NCBI RefSeq assembly: GCF_963921235.1
Contig: NC_086108.1
Coordinates: 43,340,001 to 43,404,000, forward strand
Direction of reading: 5' to 3'
Source of the DNA: Mobula hypostoma
Taxonomy: Eukaryota
DNA: 64,000 bases
Below the pieces are notes generated by a model. The model was not told the origin of the DNA. It did no database searches and saw nothing but the letters and a program-made list of their open reading frames with translations. Positions 1 to 12,439 of the stretch are shown piece after piece. Position numbers and translations under genes: made by a program. The stretch's first letter is position 1; each line of letters starts with the position of its first letter.

Positions 1-265
1 CATTGTAACCTCTGGTCCCCATTCCAGCTATTGTTGGGAGGCCTGTATATAACTGCCATTAGGATCCTTTTACCCTTGTAGTTTCTTAACTCAAGCCACA
101 AAGATTCAACATCCTCTGATCCTATGTCATATCTAGCCAACTGATTTGATGCCATTCTTTACCAGCAGAGCTACACCAGCCCCTCTGCCTACCTTCCTAT
201 CCCTCTGATACAACGTGTAACTGTGAACATTTGGCTCTGAACTACAACCATCCTTCAGCCATCTG
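1..265 (-). mobile_element. CR1 LINE ORF2 endonuclease fragment
   Basis: Minus strand reads WLKDG...YTLYQRDRKVGRGAGVALLVKN, typical of CR1 APE endonucleases. Boundaries approximate. Confidence 0.7.
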
Positions 266-329
266 TCATAGTGCAACAAGATCATCCATCTTAGATTTTG
301 TTTGGATCTAACTATTGATTCTGCTGCCT

Positions 330-1030
330 GAAGGTTATCAGCCTGTCCCCCTAATTTTGTGTCATCAACAAACTTTACTAGTTTGTTATGTGCTTAATCG
401 TTAATGTAAATTAAAAACAGCAGTAGCCTTAAAATGTGAAAATGATCCTCTTACCTTAACTCGTTGTTTTCTGTTCTTGAGCCAATTCTGCACCCATTCT
501 TACACCTTACCTTGAAATCCCTACCTCCTGTAATTTGATTATTCACCTCTTGTGGGCTATCTTGTCAAAAGCCTTTTGAAAGTCCGAGTAAATAATATCA
601 GCCTTACTATTGTTATCATAAATTTTATCTGCCTCTTCATAGAACTCCAACATATTAGTCAAACATGATTTCCTCTTTCTGAACCCTTGCTGGCTTTCTG
701 CTAACATGCCTGTTCTTATCAGCTGGTTTTCCAGCTCATTCTTTATTATTGTTTCCATTATCTTGCCTGTGATACACATTAAGCTTACTGGTCTATAGTT
801 ACCAGAGTCAGTGCAGTCACCCTTCTAATATACTGGGACAATGTTAGCCCATTTCTGGTTCTTGGGGATTTCACCAGTCTTCAATGACTTCTGAAAAATG
901 CATGTTAGGGTTTTGTATATATAATCACAAACCTCTTTAGGTCCCCTTAGATATATGATGTCCATATATCCAAGGGGACTTTTCTGATGAAACAACACCT
1001 CACTTTCTAAGTTCTCTAAATCACTAAAAC
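330..1030 (-). mobile_element. CR1/L2-type LINE reverse transcriptase fragment
   Basis: ORF 543..779 has QQGFRKRKSCLTNMLEFYE...DFQKAFDKIAH (RT motifs). Degenerate. Confidence 0.75.
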
Positions 1031-1246
1031 AGCCTTAATTTTTCTTTCTCCAGTTACTTGATAAGTTTTTTTTCTTAAAAATTTTAGATTTCCAGTGGCA
1101 CTCTATTTTTGCTTTACAAGTAATACAGGTATTTATTTCTGTATGTGGATGAAGCATAATATCAGAATGATCCAGAGGGATCTTTGCACCACCAGTAAAA
1201 GGTGGTCTGGGGTTTTCTGTCAGTGGCAGACCCAAGAATTGTCATC

Positions 1247-1834
1247 AGAACATAGAACAAAGAACAGTACAGCACAGGAACAGGCTATCTGGCCTGCAGT
1301 GTTGTGCCAAACCAGCTAAGAAAAGAAGCAAATGAAAAAACACCCAAACACTAATCCCTCCTACCTACACCATGTCCATATTCCTCCATCTTCCTTACAT
1401 CCATGTGCTTATTCAAATGTCTCTTAAAAGTCTCCAGTGTATTTGTCTCCACCAGAATACTAGGCATTCACAACTCTCTAAGTTTAAAAAAAACTTACCT
1501 CTCACATCCCCATTTGAACCTTCTCCCTCTCACTTTCAATGCATGCCCTCTGATATTAGACAATTCAACTCTGGAAAACACACTTTTTGTCCACTCTATC
1601 TATGCCCCTCATAATCTTGTAACCCTCTGTCAGATCTCCCCTCAGCCTCTGCCGGTCTAGAGAAAACAACCCAAGTTTAACCAGCCTCTCGTGTTAGCCT
1701 TCTAAACCAGGCAGCATCCTGGTAAACCTCTTCTGTACCCTCTCCAAAGCCTCAATATTCTTCCTGTAGTGGGGCGACCAGAACTGTATGCAGTACTCCA
1801 GATGTGGCCTAACCAGAGTTTTATAAAGTTGCAG
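1247..1834 (-). mobile_element. CR1 LINE 3' end fragment
   Basis: Short tandem tail (agaacatagaacaaagaac) followed by CR1 ORF2 C-terminal sequence homologous to 15861-16368 and 56778-57270. Confidence 0.75.
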
Positions 1835-2625
1835 TGTTTAAGTGAATTGTGATGTACCCCTTTTCTTAAAAATTCCTTCAAATGTAGCTATGATATCCTC
1901 TGCTGCAAAAGATTATGTGGAGGAAATACTGTAGGTACCTGAACCTGGTAGGAAACTGATCCATTTATTGGATTAAATGGCTTTTTTGTACTTGGCAGGT
2001 TCAGCAGCATTTGTAAATAAATATCAGTTCATGCTTCAGGTCAATGACATTTCATGAGAACCTGAAGAAGATAGAAAATATGCAATGTTTTAAGATGCAG
2101 AGAAGAGAAATATCTGCTAAGAACAAAGAGATAGGTTGTGATAGGTTGGATCATGAGAAGCAATGGCAGATGGTGTCAGTGCCTGCTGAGGAAGGGCAGT
2201 GAATGTTTGCCAATTGTATCTGAATGCTTTTAGAATATTTTGTTTTTTTTATTTTGAATTCCAAGTATGTATAGTTTTTTTTGTTCATCAAGGAATGATT
2301 AAATACCATTTATAAATCTGTGGAATAGGCGTTGGCCAAAACACCATGGAGAACTTGGCTCTTACCATGTTTTGCAGAGACATTTGCTATACAACACGAC
2401 ACCTTATTGATGCTTGCTCAAATGCCCATTCTTGTAAATAAATAAGTAAATCAGGATGCCAAACATTGATGTGGTATTCTTCAGTCAGAAGCCATCAAAG
2501 GCAAGTTGTGATTACTTATCCAGATGTGTACATTTTCTACTAGAGTAATGATCTGTACTGGGGACTCGTGATTTACCCACTTTACCATTCCACTTCATCT
2601 GACACCTCAGATTAATTATGTAGGG

Positions 2626-2831
2626 CAGGGTTCCCCAATTAGTTTTCCACAAGGGCCAAATTCACGCTGTAGGGGGGTGTAGGTCAAGTGTATGGTGTGG
2701 GATGAGGTTAAAGTAAATTAGAGCAGCGCGCGGTTTATTTACATGTTAAGACAAGTGCGTTCACGCAAGTGCCAATGGGTCAGCGCGGTCCAGACATTCG
2801 GTTCTCGCGGCCCGCCTATTGGGGTTGTCTG
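2626..2831. mobile_element. hAT (Charlie/Buster-type) MITE
   Basis: 8-bp TSD ATGTAGGG (2618-2625 and 2832-2839) with central TA; imperfect TIRs CAGGGTTCCCCAAT / ATTGGGGTTGTCTG. Confidence 0.75.
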
Positions 2832-2879
2832 ATGTAGGGTGAAGATTGGCATGTTTGAATTAAACGTTTTGTTTTGCAG

Positions 2880-3021
2880 AGGTTACTATCCAAAGGGTGG
2901 AGGTGAGGTGAGAGTGAAGGTGTCTCCAATAAAACTTCTTTCTCCAATAAACATGACAGAAAGAGGAACCATTAAAAAGATCTACGGGAGAGCCTTTGTA
3001 GCTGGAGTCCTACCATTCAAA
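2880..3021 (+). CDS. RTCA: RNA 3'-terminal phosphate cyclase, internal exon ([11 protein letters not shown]...[12 protein letters not shown])
   Basis: Peptide matches vertebrate RTCA; acceptor ttttgcag, donor gtatgt; 142 nt. Confidence 0.96.
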
Positions 3022-3644
3022 GTATGTAATAAATCTTGCAATTATATTTGAATGTTATGTAATTATAGCTTTTTTATTTTCATTTGCACTATTTTGTTTC
3101 CAATGGAGCATTTTAATTTTTGGTTTTGCTTTGGATATTGTATCCAATAGTTACAGAAAGAGAAAGTGTGTGCGGAATTGAAAGCTAGAGAGTCTAACCC
3201 CTGGTCAAATGAAGTATGCTGTCTTAATCGGGTACAGTTGATATTGGTTGTATCTGCTAAGCCTGCAGTGCTGTCCATTTTAAAAATGCTTCTGACCAGG
3301 AAATTGTACTGAAGGGCAAACACTAAATTTTGTTGGGGTTGCACTTTGTTTATCAGAGCATTAGCTGAGCTTGTAGGCAATACAGTGAAAGCACTGTAGG
3401 ATTTGCAAATATTCTTGTGGCAGTGTGAGAGTGCTGGTCAACTGTGGAGAATTAATACTGTAGTCACATATTCCAGACCAGCATCTGATCTGGAATTATC
3501 TTTTATGTTCTCCACTCCTCATTCCCTGTGGCCCTATGTCTTATTCTTTTATCAAGTACTTATTTGATAACTTGACAGCTTAAATGACTATATTTTATTG
3601 GATGTAGCCCAACTTCCTGCAGAAAACTGCAAATTTCTGTTCTA

Positions 3645-5163
<1,519 letters not shown>

Positions 5164-5277
5164 TAGGTGGCAAATGTTAATTTCTGAGCATTAAAAATAA
5201 TTCACTGTATTAATCCATTATAAAGCAAGTGTTTATGCTGAGAATTGTGAAGTAATGTTGTTTTTCCTTTTAATTAG

Positions 5278-5402
5278 CTTGCATCTGAGATGACATCTGC
5301 AGCCATTCGGTGCATCAGGAAAGAACTGCGTGACATTTATATAAATATCGTACCTGTGCAGGAGCCCAAGGATAAGGCTTTTGGAAATGGAAATGGAATT
5401 AT
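5278..5402 (+). CDS. RTCA: RTCA exon ([41 protein letters not shown])
   Basis: Peptide homology; taattag acceptor, gtaaga donor; phase 0 to phase 2. Confidence 0.95.
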
Positions 5403-5612
5403 GTAAGAAGCAAAAATCTACCATTGCACTTGAATGAAAGATTTTCTTCTATTTTAAAAGCATGAACTATTCCTGCAGTTTTTGGTATTTGTTTTCCTCC
5501 CCATCTCACTAAGTGAATTCAAAACCTAACCATGTTTAATACTAATTTGTGTGTCATCCTTAGAAAAATCTGCAAAACAATTTCTAACTTCTGGATCTAA
5601 TTTCTTATCCAG

Positions 5613-5671
5613 TGTCTTTGCTGAAACTTCTACAGGGTGTATACTTGCGGGATCTGCCCTTGGTAAAAGAG
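5613..5671 (+). CDS. RTCA: RTCA exon (VFAETSTGCILAGSALGKR)
   Basis: Peptide homology; atccag acceptor, gtaaga donor; phase 2 to phase 1. Confidence 0.95.
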
Positions 5672-6016
5672 GTAAGATTGTAATGTTGTATAAAATTAGC
5701 AAAGAATAAACAGCAAATAAATGTACTGAGCTGCTATTAATCCATAACAACTACTTGTTTATATGTCATTTTATAATATGGTCATATATCCCAAGACTCT
5801 TCACGGGAGCTTCCAGTCTGCTGGCAAACTAGAATAGTTTCAGCAGTGGAAATGATGAAAAGCCACTGGGAATAGTGAGAGTAATAATAGTAAAGTTAAA
5901 AGACTAAAGATAGAGCCAATAGTGGTGACCATTGCCGGTGGGATTTATGAAAGCTGGAAAGAAACAAGGTTTGCAGATCGCCCTGTCTCAATATTTTGAT
6001 TGTTTCTGCAACACAG

Positions 6017-6111
6017 GGGTTTCTGCAGACAGAGTTGGAATTGAAGCTGCTGAGATGTTGTTGATGAATCTTCGACATGGTGGATGTGTGGACCAATACT
6101 TGCAGGATCAG
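6017..6111 (+). CDS. RTCA: RTCA exon ([32 protein letters not shown])
   Basis: Contains the YLQDQ cyclase motif; acacag acceptor, gtatag donor. Confidence 0.96.
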
Positions 6112-6790
6112 GTATAGTGCATAAAGAGATACTTCAATAATTTATAAAACTTAAATATTTTTGTAAAAATGTATTGATCTCTATTATAATCCTGAAATTA
6201 TTTCCTCCTGCCTTATTTCAGTTGTGCAGCCTCTACGATTGGCTTCTCTAATGCTGGCTGTATGTTGATAGTTAAGTACACAGTCAAATAGTCCCCATGC
6301 TATGGGGTGGGGTGAATTGCAATAATATCTCAAGTATTTCATTGCACTAATCTTGTTCTGAACTTTATAAAAATTACATACGGATTTCACCAAAAGCATA
6401 ATAGCTTCTATTTGGATCATGGTTCTCAATATGACAGTCGTTTAGCACATATCCAATTTAAGTGTCTATCTATATTTCTGTAAATTAATACAAAAATTTC
6501 TTGGATTCCTAGAAATAACATTTTGCCTGGACACATAGAGGTGTGGTCATAAACTTAAATGTGTGAAGACAACACTAAGGCATGTGTTGTATATTGCATT
6601 AGATTTAATGTATTATTTATCTATACTGTTTCACTTGGTCAGGGTTAAGAGGGGATGTTTTAATGCCTGTTTTGACTTGGTAGCCAGTTGTAATCATTGA
6701 AATTTGTTATTTTTAATAAAAATGTGGTTCTGTTGAACAGCACTGCTTTATACTATGTTCTAAAAATCAAATTCCTTCCACGTGTAGCCT

Positions 6791-6853
6791 GTGTCCTCCA
6801 AGAGGACCACAACCTTGTCGTAGGATTTGGAGGCTTGTGTGCCTCAATGAGCC
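6791..6853 (+). ncRNA. Candidate HDV-like self-cleaving ribozyme (degenerate copy)
   Basis: Manual fold: P1 6791-6797/6822-6828, P1.1 CC 6813-14/GG 6829-30, P3 6809-11/6819-21, P4 AGGC/GCCT, J4/2 C6845-A-A, weak P2. Not tested computationally. Confidence 0.45.
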
Positions 6854-7140
6854 AGAGAGCTATGTTGGGTGGAGTCAGGGCTTCATGCTGTGGCTGTTCG
6901 TAGGGTCACCTGTGCCACACAGGTCAAAGGGTAGAGGCCAGACTAAGAGTGATCCACCAGTCCCCCAGGTTCAGGAGTTCAGCTCAGGGTTAACAACCCT
7001 GACTGATTAAAAACAAAATTGTTACGGAAACAGCAATGAAGAATCTTTCTCTGTCTGTATGCGAGGGTATGGACAACAGAGATGGAGGACTTTCATTGCT
7101 GCACTAAATGCCAGCAGTGTAACGAGCAGTAAGTAAATAA
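6791..7140 (+). mobile_element. Short bipartite non-autonomous RTE-type retroelement (5' UTR fused to 3' tail)
   Basis: 7-bp TSD GTAGCCT (6784-6790, 7141-7147); 5' ACCTTGTCGT...GGCTTGTGTGCCTCAATGA resembles RTE/BovB/Expander 5' UTRs; TAAG-type tail; second copy at 33322-33570. Confidence 0.7.
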
Positions 7141-7229
7141 GTAGCCTTGAATAAAGGCATAGAGAATTGTCATAGTCAGTGGTGAAATGATAGTGTAACA
7201 TAGCCGTGAACTTTTATCTCTTTGCTTAG

Positions 7230-7334
7230 CTCATTATTTTCATGGCTCTCGCTAATGGTGTCTCCAGACTAAGAACTGGCCCATTGACCCTTCACACGCA
7301 GACTGCTATGCACTTTGCAGAATTGTTAACTAAG
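7230..7334 (+). CDS. RTCA: RTCA exon ([35 protein letters not shown])
   Basis: Contains TLHTQTA with the adenylated catalytic His; gcttag acceptor, gtcagt donor. Confidence 0.96.
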
Positions 7335-8492
7335 GTCAGTTTGTTTGTTATCCATTATCATTTCTGGCAATATGATTGTTTTTAAATCAATGTTATTTTA
7401 TGGTATTTTCCTTGCAGTTAAAATGAAATCTTTGGAAATATTTTGTCTTTTTTTGGAATGCCTGAAGACCATCATGGGTCACCAGTTCATACCGAAGGGT
7501 TAAATGCAAATCAGTTTTATGCTAACCTTAAATAATTTTCAGGCCAAATACACTACAATTTTGTACTACAATGTTCCCCATCTGTCTCCGGAGACTGAAA
7601 TTGAAGTGCAGCATTTCAATTTCCAATTTTAAATAATATTTCCCCATGGCAGTACTTCACAGAAATCCTAGTAAGTGTGTTGCTATCCTCCATGTGGATA
7701 TCATACCTTGGGTGTCAAATGTATAATTTTGTTGCAGACAGCAATCTTTCAGTTGAAGCGGGGAAAAAGGTAAATGTCATCCATTTTGTTAGTCTGCAGT
7801 AAACTTTAACTTCTGACTCTGTTTCTGTTTGTAATCTTTGAGGGATGGTGTAGAAGGATTTGATAGCTCAAAATGAATAAAATATATTCAGTTTATCATG
7901 CTGTAGGTGTTTTGTAAATAAAGATGCAAAGTATCCATAAAATATCTAGTCTCCATACTGAATAATGTGTTTTCAGTCTGTAAAACACTACTAACAAATA
8001 AAAAGTTATGTTTGACTTGGGACAATTTTTACCTGATGCCTTTTTCACCTCAATTAGAATAAGATAACATGATGTGATACTTAATTCTTTGCCAAACAAT
8101 ATATCTAATTTGACTTTGATCAAAGGCAGAACTGCATCTACTGTATGTGAATGTTGTGCTCTGGATATGGACATGCAAGCATTCGGGGTCAGGCCAAAAG
8201 TTATTAATTAAGGCTTTTTGGTAAATAAAATGGTGGTTAGAGAATGACATTATAAGTTGGCTATAGTATGAGTTTTTGCTGTAATCTGTACTGGAGTATC
8301 CTAATTTAGCTCTTTTCATTTGAATAAAGTAAGCCTAATTAAAATGCTTCCTTGAACTTTCTTTCTGAAGTTACATTTTGTGTTGGTATTCAGGTCCCAG
8401 GAAATGCATGATGTTTCTATAATGACACAGTCTCTTGTACTACAAGTAAGGTGTTAAAACAGGTTTTCATTTTGTTTTGTATTTTCTTTCAG

Positions 8493-8591
8493 GCTAAGTT
8501 TACAGTAAATAAAATAAATGATCAAGAATCTGGATCGGGAACATGCGTCATAGAATGTGAGGGGATAGGAATGGCAAATCCCAACTTCTGA
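8493..8591 (+). CDS. RTCA: RTCA last coding exon (AKFTVNK...IECEGIGMANPNF*)
   Basis: Strong pyrimidine tract and ttcag acceptor; C-terminus matches vertebrate RTCA (IECxGIGMxNPN); TGA at 8589-8591. Confidence 0.95.
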   Translation, partial: AKFTVNKINDQESGSGTCVIECEGIGMANPNF

Positions 8592-9095
8592 TATTTGGAA
8601 TGTACGTCCCATCCAAAAGTTATGGAAGCTGTATATTTTTCAGTACCTTGGATGTTCTTAATCCTCATAACTGCATCATGTAAGACTTGAATTTACAGAA
8701 ATAAACATTGCATTACTGTACAAGGGTTTCTTGTTGATGTACTGATATAAGGAAGAGAAGTTAACTGGGTAATAGCAACCTTGAAAGATCTCAAAACCAA
8801 GGGGAAATACAGAATAATTTTTGGAAGCGAAAAGAATTTGAGTTCCTTAAAGCATTTTAATCGATTATTTAAAAAATCCTGTGTTTAGTTTGCTGATCCA
8901 GCAAGAGAAATGTTGTTATATAAAATAACATTTTAAAACAAAAATTCTACTTTAATGATTATTACAGCTTAAAATCTCAATGGTTTTGTGCATGGCTCTA
9001 CTGTAATACAGCAAATGCACTTTAATGAAAGATAATATATTTAAATTGTGTATATTTTTCATTTGCAATAAGTAATAACGTCAAATTTGCTAAGG

Positions 9096-9101
9096 AATAA
9101 A
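9096..9101 (+). terminator. RTCA: Candidate RTCA polyadenylation signal
   Basis: AATAAA followed by U/GU-rich sequence; another AATAAA lies at 8700-8705. Confidence 0.45.
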
Positions 9102-10719
9102 AATGAGCAGTCATCATTTGGATGAATTGATTGGTAATTTGATTTCATTTTTATGCTTCCACCTATTGATCTTTTATTTAACTTGCTACAACTGGCCTTA
9201 GGATTTCCACGTCATTCTGAGGAGGTGGGGAAGAGGATGTCTGTTGTGACAGGAGGGCATTAGGGTGAATGTAGAATACCAAGTCCTGGTGTCAGAACAA
9301 AGATGACAATGGTGGGACAAAGAGTTAAAATAATGCAGAATTCTGGGGAACTGATTGTAGGACTAAAGTACCTTTAATAATGTGTGTGTGAGGTTGAAAA
9401 TTTCAAATTTAAAGCATTAAGGGTAGATGGATTTTAGGTGAATAGAAGTGTGTAAGACATGAAGCTAGAGTGTAATTGTATTCAGGTCCCAGGAAATGCA
9501 TGCAAATGCTTTTGAAAGGGCTGTGTAAGGTGACAAGATCGTAAAGCATGGTCCTCTCCTTGAGTTGAGGTGTGAAAATGATGGCAATGATATGGAATCA
9601 TTGTCCAAGGATTATTTGTCTTCTCTGTCTTTGGGTATTAAATGCTGATATAACTTTTTGAGGTGAGCTATAATTTTATTGAATGAGTAGTTTGCAGTTG
9701 GAGAGGGAGTTGCGTGTAAGAGTTCAACCTGCGTTTTTTGACATTATATTGGAAGAACAGATATAATACTTGAGGCACTGCATAGGTAATGAACAGAAGT
9801 CAGCTTGGGAGAAATTCTGGGTACAGATAATTAAATTGTCACTTTCAACCCGGGTAAAAAATTAATACCAATTGACTTGACTATCCAGAATAGAACAGTC
9901 TTGATCTGTACCCTGGTCACCTTCGGATGATTGTGGTTGTGTACTATACACATGATACATTGTGGTAACTCAAGCTGGATTTGACAACTCTGAGATCTTT
10001 ATCATTAAATACAATAGCACTAACATCTTAACATAATTACTTCCAATGACCTCTCTAAGTGACACACTCCTTTTGCACCTTTCACTCTCTATGTTGCTAG
10101 ATCAAAAGTTCTGAAGGACAAAAGCAGTTTAAAAATGTTTCCAACATTTTTCACAGCAACTAAGAATGCCAATATGCAAATATGCAAGCATCTCTTTTTC
10201 CAGAAAACATTTAAGAGCCTCATTGCCGCTCCTCCCAAATCCTGAGAGCATCACTTTTCCAAAACATAGTAGTAATAGGATGTTAGGAAACATCTCAATT
10301 ATTATCATCTATCACTGGTAAGCTAGAAGAGTTTCATCATCATCTGTGATTCAAGTTATATAAATGAGGTGAGAATGATAGTTTAACTAATTGATTTGAT
10401 TTTAATAGTAAATAAATTACAATATTCAAATATGTGTAAGACTATAATTTTCACATGCATATAGTAGAGTGAGATATTTAATTGGTCTTAGTCAGAATCG
10501 TGGATAATTACAACATGGAAATAAGTTGCTTGGCCTATCATGTTCCTGCTCATTTAAGAAAGGGCATCCTCTGTTAAGCCTTGGTATCTAACCTACGGTA
10601 TGATGTCCATAAAATGACTGTTAAAACTTGACCTAAAATCTAAACTGTGTTTATAGAATGTAGCATCAAGGCTTCTTTTGTACTCTTGTCTCATTTTATA
10701 AATCTTAAGGACTACAAAT

Positions 10720-11245
10720 GGAACAGTGTGTGCAGATTATTTACTGCACTATAGGAAGGATGTGGTCACATTGGAAAGAGTAGAAGAGATTCATCAGGAT
10801 GTTTCCTGGGATGAAGCATCTTGGTTATGAGGAGAGTTTATGTTTTTTTTTTGGAGGCAGGGAAGGCTGAGGTAGGACGTTACAAAATTATATGAGGGCC
10901 AATGATTAGATAGTAAAAAAAAAACTTTGTTCCCTGTACTGGAGGTAACCAAAATAAGAAGAGCATAGGTTTGGAGTGGAAGGTAAGAGGTTTAGGAGGA
11001 ATCTGAGGGAAAAATGATTTCACTCGGTGGGTGGTTTGAATCTGAATGCATCACCTAAGTGGGTGTTGGATGCAGGTATACCAATGACATTTGGGGGTGG
11101 GTGTGTGTGTGTGAGAGAGAGAGATGGCATAGAAAGCTAGCTATGGGTCAAGCACTGGTTTAAGGGATTAGTTCAGATAGATACTCGATAGTTGGGATGG
11201 ATATCGTGGGATAAATTATCTTTTTCTGTGCTGTATAGCTCTATC
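10720..11245 (+). mobile_element. Degenerate CR1 LINE 3' fragment
   Basis: Decayed RKDVVTLERV..RFIRMFPG sequence and CR1-type 3' UTR (ttttctgtgctgtatagctctat). Confidence 0.6.
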
Positions 11246-11999
11246 ACAAATGCCTTTATAATGGCCTACCCAATTTCTCCTACTTTCAAGGGTATGCACC
11301 AAAAACATCATATCTCCTTTTCCTCTAAAATTGTAAAATTTAGTTTATATCACCTCGATATTAGTGCCATCAATGTAAATCATTTCAAACATGATCTTAT
11401 TGAAAAGTAAATAAGTACAAGGTCCAGATTTACTCCTGCTTCTGCTTAAATTATTATCTATTTTCACTTTTTTCACTTCTCTGTATATTTCTTGTTGAAG
11501 TTTGTTACTATCCTTTCCTGTTGAAGTTTCATGGTGTCTACCAATCTAAGTCCATATCATTAACATTAAATTAAAAGCAAAGCTGACTTCACTGATCCTT
11601 GGGACCTGTCACTCCAATCTGAAAAACAGCATTTCTATCTCATATTTTGTCCTTTGACTTTTTCCTGCCAATTCTACTGCTCCATTAATCCCAATGTAAA
11701 TGAAATAGCTCTTTCAAGAGTTCCTGAATCTTTATCTCTGTATAGCTGTGGTTAATGATTCCTTGTAAAATATTCAGCATTAATGAAAAAGTCCTACAAT
11801 ATAAGTATTTTTGACAAATGCTAATTAAAAGAAAGTCTGGTTAAATAAGTTTCAGCTGGAGCTATTGAAAACTCATCTCACTGGAAATGCTATGAAATGT
11901 ATGTTACCATATCTATAATTAAACTATATCATTGTTTTTTCTTCTACACCCTCATACATTTAGGCCAATCTAGGTGGATTATCATTTAAAAGCATTATG

Positions 12000-12270
12000 C
12001 CTCCTATTCCATAATCCTCTCATATCCCTTTTGCCGATCAACTGTCCAGCTCTTGGCTCCATCCCTCCCCCCCTCCTCCTATCATTTTGGATCTCCCCCT
12101 CCCACTTTCAAATCTCTTACTAGCTCTTCTTTAAGTTAGTCCTGACGAAGGGTCTCGGCCTGAAACGTCGACTGTACGTCTTCCTAGAGATGCTGCCTGG
12201 CATGATGTGTTCACCAGCAACTTTTATGTGTGTTGCTTGAAATTCCAGCATCAGCAGATTTCCTCGTGTC
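12000..12270 (+). mobile_element. Penelope-like element 3'/pLTR fragment
   Basis: Near-identical to 41609-41891 and 25681-25823; contains a hammerhead core. Confidence 0.75.
12137..12174 (+). ncRNA. Minimal type I hammerhead ribozyme
   Basis: TAGTC-CTGACGA-AGG(GTCTCGG)CCT-GAAA-CG-TC-GACTG: intact CUGAnGA/GAAA core, stems I and II, palindromic ACGT stem III, GUC cleavage triplet. Confidence 0.75.
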
Positions 12271-12439
12271 TCCTTTTTTGTAGTGTGTTTTGAATGTTAA
12301 TTAACTTGAATAAAAGCAAAACATATTTATTAAATGCTAAAGCTTCCCTACAGTTTTAATTTTCAATACCTCAGAGTTGTATTGATCAGCAATTGTTGAG
12401 GACTGTGTACAAAGGGTGTTATCAAAACAGAAAACATGG

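Noticed and set aside
5845..5930. Box C/D snoRNA in an RTCA intron (AATGATGA)
   Set aside because: No CTGA D box with terminal stem at a suitable distance.
11095..11124. (GT)n(GA)n microsatellite
   Set aside because: Short, ordinary expansion inside a decayed CR1.
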